NCBI GenBank assembly: GCA_963800515.1
Contig: CAWDBC010000013.1
Coordinates: forward strand, 19,990 to 83,989
Length of the DNA stretch: 64,000 nt
Reading direction: 5' to 3'
From: an uncultured Thermoleophilia bacterium
GTDB taxonomy: Bacteria; Actinomycetota; Thermoleophilia; Gaiellales; F1-60-MAGs149
How positions within the stretch are numbered: position 1 is the first letter of the stretch; each line of letters begins with the position of its first letter. The notes under the pieces are model-generated. The model ran no database searches and was not told the origin of the DNA. It saw only the letters and a program-made list of their open reading frames with translations. Positions 40,386-50,142 of the stretch are shown here, in pieces. Made by a program: the position numbers and the translations under genes.

Positions 40386-41338
40386 GCGGAGGCCGGCGGC
40401 GGGTCGTGCTCGACACCGACCCGGGCCTCGACGACGCGTTCGCCTTCGCCTACGCCGCCCGCTCGGCCGAGATCGACCTCGTCGCGCTGACGACGGTGTT
40501 CGGCAACGTGCCCGTGGACGTCGCGACGGCGAACGCCCTCGACCTCCTGGAGATCGCGGGGACCTCCGGCGTGCCGGTCCACGCCGGCGCCGCGGGCCCA
40601 CTCGACGGCCGCACTCCGGGCTACGCCCGTCACGTCCACGGCACGTACGGCCGCGGCTCCCTCGGGCCGGCGCGACCCGCCGGCCGCGCCAGCGGCACCC
40701 ACGCCGCGGTCGCCCTCTGCGAGCTCGTCGCCGCCGAGCCGGGGGGAATCGACCTCGTGGCGGTGGGCCCCCTGACCAACGTGGCGCTGGCGGTCGCGCT
40801 CCGCCCGACGTTCGTCTCCGAGCTCCGCTCGCTGTCGATCCTGGCCGGGACCGGGCGCGCCCCCGGCAACATCACCCCGAGCGCTGAGGCGAACGCCGCC
40901 AACGACCCCGTCGCCCTCGCCGCGGTGCTCGCGGCGCCCGGCGAGACGACCCTCGTCACGCTCGACGCGACGATGCGCGTCGAGGTGGACGGCGGGATGG
41001 TCGGCCGCCTGACCGGATCGGACGATCCGCTCGCCCGGCACGTCGGCCGCCTGCTCGAGGACTACGCCGCCTTCTACGCGTCCGTCTTCGGGCGCCACAT
41101 CTCCGTCCAGCACGACGCGACCGCACTCGCCGTCGGCCTCGGGCTGTGGCCGGCCACGGTGGCGCCGCGGGTGCGGGTCGAGGTCGAGACCGGATACGGC
41201 CCGGCCCGGGGCGCGGTCCTCGCCGACCTCCGCGGGGTCTACTCCGGATGGCCGGCCCAGGCCGAGGCGCACTGCACCGTCGTCCTCGACGTCGCCGAGG
41301 GCCTCGCCGAGCACATGGTCTCGACGATCGCCGGCTGA
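40379..41338 (+). CDS. Inosine/uridine-preferring nucleoside hydrolase
   Basis: DTDPGLDD, TTVFGN, HVHG, GPLTNVA, GNITPSAEAN...DP, HDA. Confidence 0.92.
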   Translation: MVSGGRRRVVLDTDPGLDDAFAFAYAARSAEIDLVALTTVFGNVPVDVATANALDLLEIAGTSGVPVHAGAAGPLDGRTPGYARHVHGTYGRGSLGPARPAGRASGTHAAVALCELVAAEPGGIDLVAVGPLTNVALAVALRPTFVSELRSLSILAGTGRAPGNITPSAEANAANDPVALAAVLAAPGETTLVTLDATMRVEVDGGMVGRLTGSDDPLARHVGRLLEDYAAFYASVFGRHISVQHDATALAVGLGLWPATVAPRVRVEVETGYGPARGAVLADLRGVYSGWPAQAEAHCTVVLDVAEGLAEHMVSTIAG

Positions 41339-41432
41339 CAGGCCGGCGCCGGGCCCGGGTCGGTCGCCCCGGCCGCTTCCGGCCGCCGGACCGAGGCCGG
41401 CGCGACCCGGCCGCCCGCCGGTGACGCGGGCG

Positions 41433-42788
41433 TCAGCGCGGCTCGGTGTGCAGGATCAGCTCGAGCACCTCCGGCACCTCGCGGTGGACGGCCACCTCCG
41501 CCTGCGACGCGCGCCGGTGCGCCTCCGCGACGGAGAGGACCTCCGGCAGGACGATCGTCGCGTAGGCCACCGCCCCCGCGTCGGTCAGGCGGAGCTCGAC
41601 GGAGATCGGCGCCGTCCCCGTCGCCCCCTCGATCGCCGCGGCGACCCGGGCTGCCCGCGACCCGTCCTCGCCGCTCGAGAGGATCGCCTCGTCGAGGGGC
41701 TCGATGTGGGTCTGGACGCGCTTCGCCTCCGGCACCGCCCGCTCGATGGCCGCCTCGACCTGGCTCGCCACCTGGTGCGCCTCGGCGAGGGCCATGCTCC
41801 CGGCGAGCTTCATGTGGAGGGACACGTCGACCCCGCCGTCGACCTCGAGCACGAGCACGTTGTGGATCTCGCGGACGTTCGCCACGCCGAGCGCGGCGAC
41901 GGTCGCCCGCTCGCGCGGCGACGCGCCCGCCTGCAGCGGCTCGACGTGGACGACGACGTCGGATCCCGGGATCAACTCCTCGACGATCTCCTCGACCCGG
42001 TCGGCGAGCGTGTGGCCGCGGACCAGCGCCGCCTCTGGGGCCACGCCGATCGTGACGTCCCCGATCACTGCCGAGCCGACCTCCCGGACCCGGACCCGGA
42101 GCAGGGCGGCGTCCGGCGCCCCCCGCTGGACGGCGGTGCGGATGAGCGCGGACCGCCGGGAGGAGGTCTCGTCCATCAGCGTGCCGACGTTGGACCGGAC
42201 GAGGCGGACGGCGACCATGCCGGTGATCCCGGCGACGACGAGCGCGGCCCACGCGTCGGCCGCCGGATGGCCGCCGCGGACGAGCGCGATTCCCCCGAGG
42301 ACGACGAGCGTCCCGCCGAAGTCGGAGAGGAAGTGCGCGGCGGACGCGCCGAGCGCCGCCGAGTGATGGCGCCTGGCGGCCCGGCGCGTGGTCACGGCGC
42401 GGGAGGCGTCGACGACGAGGACCACGCCGAGCACGGCGATCAGGCCAAGTGAGGCGTCGACGTGCGGAGGCGCGTCGGCCGTCAGCCGGGTGATCGCCTG
42501 CGACGCGATCACGCCCATCGAGACGAGGAGGAAGGACGCCTCGCCGAGCGCGGCGAGGTTCTCGGCCTTGCCGTGGCCGAAGGGATGCTCCGCGTCGGCC
42601 GGACGGTTCGCGATCCGCAGGGCGTAGAGGGTGGCGGCGGCGGCCACGGCGTCCGCCGTGGACTGGAGCCCCTCGGCGATCAGGCCGAGGCTGCCGGACG
42701 CGAACCCGAAGGCGAGCTTGAGGGCGACGAGGAAGACCGCCGCGGCGAACGCGTAGGCGGCCGTCCTCCACGCCTCGTCGCGCCCCAT
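41433..42788 (-). CDS. Cation diffusion facilitator with three C-terminal ZT_dimer-like domains
   Basis: GSLGLIAEGLQSTAD, PADAEHPFGHGKAE, AHFLSD; three units ending HVEP, HIEP and HTEP. Confidence 0.9.
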   Translation of the reverse strand: MGRDEAWRTAAYAFAAAVFLVALKLAFGFASGSLGLIAEGLQSTADAVAAAATLYALRIANRPADAEHPFGHGKAENLAALGEASFLLVSMGVIASQAITRLTADAPPHVDASLGLIAVLGVVLVVDASRAVTTRRAARRHHSAALGASAAHFLSDFGGTLVVLGGIALVRGGHPAADAWAALVVAGITGMVAVRLVRSNVGTLMDETSSRRSALIRTAVQRGAPDAALLRVRVREVGSAVIGDVTIGVAPEAALVRGHTLADRVEEIVEELIPGSDVVVHVEPLQAGASPRERATVAALGVANVREIHNVLVLEVDGGVDVSLHMKLAGSMALAEAHQVASQVEAAIERAVPEAKRVQTHIEPLDEAILSSGEDGSRAARVAAAIEGATGTAPISVELRLTDAGAVAYATIVLPEVLSVAEAHRRASQAEVAVHREVPEVLELILHTEPR

Positions 42789-43049
42789 CCCCGCATTCTC
42801 GCCGAGTGCGCGGGCGCGCCGGTTGCGGGCGGCGACCCCGGCCGGGGATCGCCGGACGGCCGCGAGCGTGTCGATCCGTTTCGATCCCGTCCTCGCCGCT
42901 CCCGCGTCCGCTCGCCCGTGCTCGGCGCCGCCCGTCGACCCGTGCGGACAAGGCCGGGGTCGCCGCAGCCCGCTCGCACCGGACGACCCGCGAGGCGGCC
43001 GCGGTCCGGGGGATCGCTTCGCGCGCGGTGGGCGCGCTCCGACGCCCTG

Positions 43050-43067
43050 TGCGAACATACGTTCGCA
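43050..43067. promoter_or_regulatory. LexA (SOS) box
   Basis: TGCGAAC-ATAC-GTTCGCA, a perfect dyad matching the Gram-positive/actinobacterial CGAAC-N4-GTTCG box; last base is the A of the downstream ATG. Confidence 0.85.
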
Positions 43068-43444
43068 TGACGCATCCCGGGGCGCCGCTCACGATCTTCC
43101 GCCGCGCCGTCGCCGCCGGCGACGCGCAGACGGCGCTCGCCGTCGCCGGTGAGCTCGGCACCGTCGATCCGGCCGACGCCCTGGCGCTCGTCCTCGTCCT
43201 GCTCGACGAGATGCCGGACCGGTACCCGCTGGCCGCTGCCCGCTGGCACGCGCTCGCCGTCCGCTCGGCGGGCGGCGCCTCCCTGGCCGACGCCTCCGTC
43301 CTCCTGGCGGCGCTCCACGCCCTCGCCGATGCCGGGGCGCGGGAGGACGCCTGCGCCTCGATCGAGGCCTGGGCCGGGCGCTACGGCCTTCGCGGGGTCG
43401 ACCGCGAGCTCGTCGCCTGGGCCGCCCGGCGCCGGCGCCGCTGA
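43067..43444 (+). CDS. Hypothetical 125-aa helical protein, probably SOS-regulated
   Basis: MTHPGAPLTIFRRAVAAGD...ELGTVDPADALALVLVL...RYPLAAARW...SLADA; typical codon usage; ATG abuts the LexA box. Confidence 0.8.
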   Translation: MTHPGAPLTIFRRAVAAGDAQTALAVAGELGTVDPADALALVLVLLDEMPDRYPLAAARWHALAVRSAGGASLADASVLLAALHALADAGAREDACASIEAWAGRYGLRGVDRELVAWAARRRRR

Positions 43445-43492
43445 ACGCCCATCGGGGTTGGCCGCCGGCGATCGCGGCTATACCCTCGCGCC

Positions 43493-44392
43493 ATGAGGCT
43501 TCCCGATCGCGGTGACGCAAACGTCGAGGACACCTCCGGCCAGTCCGGCGGCGGCGGGTTCGGCGGCGGTCTCGGAGGCTTCCCGATCGGCCGGGCCGGC
43601 CTCGGCGGCGGCGGCATCCTGATCTTCGCCGTGATCGCCCTCCTCCAGGTCTTCGGCGGCGGTGGCGGAGGCGGGGTCGGCGGGGTGCTCAACCAGATCA
43701 ACCAAGTGCAGCCCGGCGCCGCCGCTCCGCCGGTGGACGCGACCGAGCGGCAGTTCGCCATCAACGTCTTCGAGGACGTGCAGGCCACGTGGCAGCAGTC
43801 GTTCGCGGCGAGCGGTGAGACGTACAAGCCCGCAACGCTCCGGCTCTACTCGGACCAGGTGCAGACGTCCTGCGGCACCGGAGAGACGGCGATGGGGCCG
43901 TTCTACTGTCCGGGCGACTCCACCGTCTACCTCGACCTCAGCTTCATGAACGAGCTGGCGACGAAGTTCCACGCGCCCGGGCAGTTCGCGGAGGCCTACG
44001 TCGTCGCGCACGAGATGGGCCACCACGTCCAGAACCTGCTCGGACTGGAGGAGAAGATGCGCCAGCTGCAGGCTGACCACCCGGACGAGAAGCTCCAGTA
44101 CTCCGTCCGCCTCGAGCTCCAGGCCGACTGCTTCGCCGGCGTCTGGGGCCACAGCGTCTACACCCAGCAGACCGCCGACCGGCAGCTGGGCGAGAACGAG
44201 ATCCAGTCGGCGCTCACGGCCGCGGCCGCCGTCGGCGACGACACCCTGCAGAAGGAGACGCAGGGACGCGTCGTGCCGGACTCCTTCACGCACGGCACGT
44301 CGGCGCAGCGGCAGAAGTGGTTCAAGGCGGGCTTCGACTCCGGCGACACCACCTCCTGCGACACCTTCAAGGGCGACTACTCGAGCCTGTAG
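43493..44392 (+). CDS. Neutral zinc metallopeptidase (YpfJ-like)
   Basis: Gly-rich N-terminus with TM segment, GPFYCPGD, YVVAHEMGHHVQ (HExxH), LELQADCFAG, FTHGTSAQR. Confidence 0.93.
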   Translation: MRLPDRGDANVEDTSGQSGGGGFGGGLGGFPIGRAGLGGGGILIFAVIALLQVFGGGGGGGVGGVLNQINQVQPGAAAPPVDATERQFAINVFEDVQATWQQSFAASGETYKPATLRLYSDQVQTSCGTGETAMGPFYCPGDSTVYLDLSFMNELATKFHAPGQFAEAYVVAHEMGHHVQNLLGLEEKMRQLQADHPDEKLQYSVRLELQADCFAGVWGHSVYTQQTADRQLGENEIQSALTAAAAVGDDTLQKETQGRVVPDSFTHGTSAQRQKWFKAGFDSGDTTSCDTFKGDYSSL

Positions 44393-44458
44393 GCGGGCAC
44401 GGTCGACGCCCGTCGGCGACTCGATCCGACGGGCCGGCGTCCGGGCCTGGGGGACGGG

Positions 44459-45417
44459 CTAGCGTTCGGCCCCGACCGCCAGGGGATCGGGGGGGCGGAC
44501 CCAGACGGTCGAGCCCTCGCTGACCGCCAGGCTCTCGACCTGATCGCGCGTCAGGAGGACGTGGGTCAGCTCCTCGTTCCTGCGCAGGTTGGCGCGCACC
44601 TCGAAGCCGACGCGCTGCAGCCGCTCGACCGTCGCCTCGTGCGTTCCCGGCTCCGGCGCGGCGAACACGTCCACGTCGTGGGGGCGGACCAGCCGGCCGT
44701 GCAGCCGGGTCACCGGGCCCAGGAACTCCATGACGAAGTCGTTCGCCGGGTGGTCGTAGAGCTCCGTCGGGCTCCCCACCTGCTCGACGATCCCGTGGTT
44801 GATCACGACCAGCTCGTCGGCCACCTCGAGAGCCTCCTCCTGGTCGTGGGTGACGAAGATCGTCGTCACGTGGACCTCGTCGTGGAGCCGGCGGAGCCAC
44901 TCCCGCAGCTCCTTGCGGACCTTGGCGTCGAGCGCCCCGAAGGGCTCGTCGAGGAGCAGGACCTTCGGCTCCGCGGCCAGCGCCCGGGCGAGGGCCATCC
45001 GCTGCCGCTGGCCCCCCGAGAGCTGGGCCGGCAGGCGATCGGCGAACTGGTCGAGGTGCACCAGCTCGAGCAGCTCGTGGACGCGGCGGTGGACCTCGGC
45101 CTTCGGGCGCTTGCGCACCTCGAGCCCGAAGGCGACGTTCTGAAGACCGTCAGGTGCTTGAACGCGGCGTAGTGCTGGAAGACGAAGCCGACGTCACGGC
45201 GTTGCGGGGCGAGCCGGGTGGCGTCGACGCCGTCGATGACCACGGTGCCGGCGTCGGCCTGCTCGAGGCCCGCGATGATGCGGAGCAGCGTCGACTTGCC
45301 GCCGCCGCTCGGTCCGAGGAGGGCGGTCAGCTGACCGCTGCGGACGTCGAGGCTGACGTCGTCGAGCGCGACGAAGTCGCCGAAGCGCTTGCTGACGTGG
45401 GTGGCTTCGATGCCCAT
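44459..45417 (-). CDS. cysA: Sulfate ABC transporter ATP-binding protein (frameshift near 45140)
   Basis: [47 protein letters not shown]-like tail. Confidence 0.9.
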
Positions 45418-45431
45418 CGTGATCTCTCTTC

Positions 45432-46323
45432 TCATGTCGTGCTCTTCGTGGGGTCGCAGGAGCGCGACGACGACGATGCTGGCGACCGCGATGGCGACCA
45501 TCACGAACGCGACGGCGTAGGCCCCCGACTCGTCGAAGTCCTGGTAGCGCTGGGCGGCGAGCAGCGGCAGCGTCTGCGTCTGGCCGAGCGACGTTGCCGG
45601 CGACCACGCGGACGGCGCCGAACTCGCCGAGTGCACGGGCGAGGCTGAGGACGACGCCGTAGGCGAGCGCCCAGCGGATCCCCGGCAGCGTGATCCGCCG
45701 GAAGCGCTGGATCGGCGCCGGCGCCGAGGGAGCGCGCCGCCTGCTCCTGGTCGAGGCCGATCTCCTCGAGCACCGGCACCAGCTCGCGGACGACCAGCGG
45801 CAGCGAGACGAAGCACGGTCGCCAGGACATCCCGGGCAGTCGCGTAGATCACCTTCATGCCGAGGGCCTCGAGCGACGCCCCCGAACCAGCCCGTCGTCG
45901 CCGTAGACCAGGATCAGGGCGAGGCCGGCGATCACCGGCGACACCGACACCGGCAGGTCGATCAGCGCGTTGAGGAGCCGGCGGCCCCGGAACCGGTAGC
46001 GGGTGATCAGCAGCGACACCGCCACGCCGAAGACCGTGTTGACCACCACGGCCGCGATGCCGCGACCTCGAGCGAGAGCCCGACCGCGTGGACGGCCTCC
46101 GGCGAGGTCAGCGCGTCGAGGAAGGGGCCGAGGCCGTTGCTCGAACGTGCGCCACGACCATGACCGTCGAGCGGCAGCAGCACGAGCACGCACGATGTAG
46201 CCGACGGCGAGCAGCCGCAGCGGCCAGCGGGCGGCCGGCGAGCGGCCGGCTGCCGGCCCGGCGCGGGGCAGCCGGGGGCGAGCGCCGCGGACCGATCGTG
46301 GTCGGGGTCAGGGCATCAGCCAC
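45432..46323 (-). CDS. cysW: Sulfate ABC permease CysW (frameshifted)
   Basis: [36 protein letters not shown]...QEQAA, TQTLPL; ends approximate. Confidence 0.85.
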
Positions 46324-47191
46324 GACGTGCCGTCCGTCGCTGGACGACGCCGAGCCCGACGATCACGGCGAGAGCGACGACGAGCAGCACCGTCGCCACC
46401 GCGGCCGCGCCGGCCAGGTTGTCGCTCTCGATCTGGCCGAGCATCCGGGCCGACGCGACCTCGGTCGTTGAGCGGCAGGTTGCCCGAGATGAGCACGACG
46501 GAGCCGTACTCGCCCAGCGCCGCGGGCGAAGCGACAGCGCGGCGCCGGCGGCGATCGCGGGCGCGATGTTCGGCAGGATCAGCCGGCGGAAGACGTGAAC
46601 CGGCTCGCGCCCAGCGAGGCGGCCGCCTCCTCGACGTCGCGGTCGAGCTCCTCCAGCACCGGCTGGACCGCCCGCACCACGAACGGCAGGGTGACGAAGA
46701 GCAGCGCCACGAAGATCGACCACCGGGTCTGGGCCAGGTTGACGCCGACGGGCTGCTCGGTGCCGTAGAGCGCGATCAGCACCAGTCCGGCCACGATCGT
46801 CGGCAGCGCGAACGGCACGTCGATGACGAGGCTCGAGCAGCCGCTGGCCCGAGAACCGGTCGCGCACCAGCACCCAGGCGACCAGGGTGCCCATGACGGT
46901 GTTGACCAGGGTGACGCCGGCGGCGCTGGCACGGTCAGCCGGAGGGCGGCGGCCACCGCGGGCTGGTCAGCGGCGTCGAAGAACCCGCCCAGCCGTCGCG
47001 TCGCGCGCGTGACCAGCACCGCGGCGAGCGGCAGCAGCACCAGCAGGCTCATCCAGAGCAGGGTCACGCCCGAGCCCGAGCCCGAGCCCGGCGCCCAGGC
47101 CGCAGCGACGCCGGGAGCGAGGCCCCGCCCGCCGGGCGGCCGCGGACCTGCCGGGGCCGGCCGGGGTCGGTCAGCGGTCGAGCGAGCTCAC
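46316..47191 (-). CDS. cysT: Sulfate ABC permease CysT (frameshifted)
   Basis: GTLVAWVLVRDRF, IDVPFALPTIVAGL, TLPFVVRAVQPVLEELD...EEAAASLGA; start approximate. Confidence 0.85.
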
Positions 47192-48230
47192 GAGCACCTT
47201 GCCGCTGGCGTCCTGGATCTTGGTCACGATGCCGGTCTTCTCGTCGAAGAACTTGCTGGAGACGGCCTTCCAGCCACCCAGCTCGGCGATGGTGACCAGC
47301 TTCTTGACCGCCGGGAACGGGTTCGCGGGATCGTTCGCGCCCTGTACCTCGCCGGGTCGACCGATGCGGCTCGACCGGCCGGAAGCCGTGCTTGGCGAAG
47401 ATCTTCTGGCCGTCGGCGGACTCGACGTAGGTCAGGAACTTCTTCGCCTTCGGCGGCGCCTTGACGGTGACGGCGCCCGGGTTCTCGATCTTGAGGGTGG
47501 TGTCGGGCACGATGTAGTCGACGTCCTCATCGTTCTGCCGGGCGGCGATGGCCTCGTTCTCGTAGCGAGATCAGCACGTCACCGGTGCCGCTGGTGAACG
47601 CGCTGGTGGCCTCGCGGCCGCTGGCCGGCAGGCTGACGACGTTCTGGTAGTACTTCGTCAGGTAGCCGTCGCCTGCGGCCTCGGCGCCGCCGTCTGGCCG
47701 TGATCTGGGACCAGGCGGCGAGGACGTTCCAGCGCGCCGAGCCCGACGAGCCCGGGTTCGGCGTGACGATCTTGACGCCGGGCTTGACCAGGTCGGCCCA
47801 GCCGTGTGATGCGCTTGGGGTTGCCCTTGCGCACCACGATGACCACGACGGAGGTGCTACACGATGCCCTTGGTGGGGCCCGCGTCCCAGTCCTTGGCGA
47901 CGAGGCCTTGTCGACCAGCTTGGTCATGTCGGAGGTCGAGGGAGAAGCCGACGTAGTCCGCCTGGCAGGCCGGCGATCACGGCGCGGGCCTGGTCGCCGC
48001 TGGCCCGTAGGAGGACTTCCACTTCGATGCCCTTGCCGTCGGCGTGCTTGGCGAAGCTCTGTCTGCAGGTCGTCGTAGGCGGGCTTGGGCACCGAGAACG
48101 CGACGAGGGACAGCTGGGAGCCGGAGGCGCTGCCGCCGCACGCGCTGAGAGCGGCCGTGGCGACGAGCCCGGCGGCGACCGCCACCGCCGTCGCCGCGCG
48201 CCGGAGGGACGGGTGAGATCTCTTCTGCAT
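47188..48230 (-). CDS. sbp: Sulfate-binding lipoprotein (frameshifted)
   Basis: LSAC lipobox, [41 protein letters not shown]. Confidence 0.85.
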
Positions 48231-48392
48231 CGAGGCTGTCTCGCACTCTCTTATGTGGTGTATTTGCATGCCTTATGGCGGAAGGTAGCAAAGCCGGCTC
48301 GGAGGAAGGGCGGCAGGACCGCCGGGGACGCCTGAGGCGAGGCTGATCGGGGGGACGAGTGACGGCCGCCGGGCGGCGGAGGTCTGCCGGCG

Positions 48393-48492
48393 GCTCGTCG
48401 CCACCCGGGGCAGCCCCTCGCTCCCGGGCGGCGCCCGGGGAGGGCGCTCGTCGCCACCCCGGGCCGCCCCCGCGCTCCCGGGCGGCGCCCGG
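48393..48492. repeat. Two imperfect ~46-bp direct repeats (53-bp period), intergenic
   Basis: GCTCGTCGCCACCC...CGCTCCCGGGCGGCGCCCGG at 48393-48438 and 48446-48492. Confidence 0.75.
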
Positions 48493-48520
48493 CGGGCTCG
48501 CGGAGGCGAGAATCCGGGTC

Positions 48521-50080
48521 ATGGGCACGGATCGAGTCGACGTGGCGATCGTCGGCGGCGGCCACAACGGGCTCGTCGCGGCCGCCTACCTCGCGCGCGC
48601 GGGACACTCCGTCCGCGTCCTGGAGCGCCTCGACCACCCCGGGGGAGCCGCGGTCTCGGCGCAGGCCTTCCCCGGCGTCGACGCCCGCATCTCGCGCTAC
48701 GCCTACCTCGTCAGCCTCCTCCCGGACCGCATCGTCCGCGAGCTCGGGCTCCGCTTCCGCACGCGCTCGCGCTCCGTCGCCTCGTACACGCCCGTGCGCC
48801 GCTCCGGTCGCGACACGGGCCTTCTCGTCGCCCGGGACGAGGCCGCGACCGGGGCGTCCTTCGCCGCCCTCACGGGCTCCGATCGCGCCCATCGCCAGTG
48901 GCTGGCGTTCCAGGCGCTCTGCGCCCAGGTCGCCGAGCGGGTCGCTCCCACCCTCCTCGATCCGCTCGTGGACCGGGCCGACCTCCGGGCGCGGTTCGCG
49001 GACGCGCCCGAGGCGTGGCGGGCGGTGTTCGAGCGGCCGCTGGGAGAGGTCGTCGAGGCGTCGCTCGACGACGACCTCGTGCGCGGCATCGTCCTCACCG
49101 ACGGCCTGATCGGGACCTTCGCCGCCGCCCACGATCCCTCGCTCCTGCAGAACCGCTGCTTCCTGTACCACGTGATCGGCAACGGCACCGGCGAGTGGAG
49201 GATCCCGGTCGGCGGGATGGGCGCGCTGACCGACGCGCTGGTGCAGGCGGCCCGCACGGCCGGGGCGGGGATCGCCTGCGGATGCGAGGCGACGGCGATC
49301 GGCACGGACGGAGCGGGCGCGGAGGTGCGCTACCGGCAGGCGGGCGACGAGCGCGCGCTCGCCGCGCGGCTGGTCCTCTCGGGCGTCGCACCGCGGGTGC
49401 TCGACGTCCTGCGCGGTCGGGCGCCGGGCGAGGATCCGGAGGGCGCGCAGTTGAAGGTCAACCTGCTCCTGACCCGGCTCCCCCGGCTGCGCTCGGGCGT
49501 CGACCCCGCCGTCGCCTTCGCCGGGACGCTCCACGTGGACGAGGGGTACGACCAGCTGCAACGGGCGTACGACGAGGCGGCCGGCGGGCGGCTGCCGGGG
49601 ACCGTCCCCGCCGAGGCCTACTGCCACACGCTGACCGACCGCTCGATCCTCGGCCGGGACCTGCGGGCCGGCGGTGCGCACACGCTGACGATCTTCGGGC
49701 TGCACGCCCCCGCACGACTCTTCGAGGAGGGCAACGCCCGCGCCCGGGAGGCGCTGCTCGCCCGGACCATCGCGGGCCTCGACGCCTATCTCGCCGAGCC
49801 GCTCGCCGACTGCGTGGCCACCGACGGGGAGGGGCGCCCGTGCGTCGAGGCCAGGTCGCCGCTCGACCTCGAGGCCGACCTCGGCCTTCCCCGGGGGCAC
49901 ATCTTCCACCGGGATCTGAGCTGGCCGTTCGCGGCCGGCGACGCCGAGGTCGGGACCTGGGGCGTGGAGACCGACGACGACGCGCTCCTGATCTGCGGAT
50001 CGGGCGCGTCCCGGGGCGGCGCCGTCTCCGGGATCCCGGGGCACAACGCGGCCCGCTGCGCCCTCGGCCGCCTCGCCTGA
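48521..50080 (+). CDS. Phytoene-dehydrogenase-like FAD-dependent oxidoreductase (PYROXD2-like)
   Basis: IVGGGHNGLVAAAYLA, SRYAYLVSL, PVGGMG, SPLDLE...GHIFH, CGSGASRGGAVSGIPGHNAA. Confidence 0.88.
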   Translation: MGTDRVDVAIVGGGHNGLVAAAYLARAGHSVRVLERLDHPGGAAVSAQAFPGVDARISRYAYLVSLLPDRIVRELGLRFRTRSRSVASYTPVRRSGRDTGLLVARDEAATGASFAALTGSDRAHRQWLAFQALCAQVAERVAPTLLDPLVDRADLRARFADAPEAWRAVFERPLGEVVEASLDDDLVRGIVLTDGLIGTFAAAHDPSLLQNRCFLYHVIGNGTGEWRIPVGGMGALTDALVQAARTAGAGIACGCEATAIGTDGAGAEVRYRQAGDERALAARLVLSGVAPRVLDVLRGRAPGEDPEGAQLKVNLLLTRLPRLRSGVDPAVAFAGTLHVDEGYDQLQRAYDEAAGGRLPGTVPAEAYCHTLTDRSILGRDLRAGGAHTLTIFGLHAPARLFEEGNARAREALLARTIAGLDAYLAEPLADCVATDGEGRPCVEARSPLDLEADLGLPRGHIFHRDLSWPFAAGDAEVGTWGVETDDDALLICGSGASRGGAVSGIPGHNAARCALGRLA

Positions 50081-50105
50081 GAGCCGGGTCCCCCGGCGGC
50101 CCCGC

Positions 50106-50132
50106 GGTTTGCCGGCCGCCGCTGACGGGAAC
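50106..50132 (+). promoter_or_regulatory. SigF/SigB-type promoter candidate
   Basis: GGTTT-N16-GGGAAC, 10 nt upstream of GTG 50143. Confidence 0.55.
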
Positions 50133-50142
50133 GAACGGGCGC

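Noticed and set aside
44866-45858. CysW-CysA fusion
   Set aside because: Lies in an error-rich block; a TGA at 45434-45432 followed by a purine-rich spacer and ATG 45417 fits two separate genes. Needs read confirmation.
48521-50080. Carotenoid biosynthesis gene crtI
   Set aside because: No crt neighbours; motifs fit the broader PYROXD2-like oxidoreductase group.
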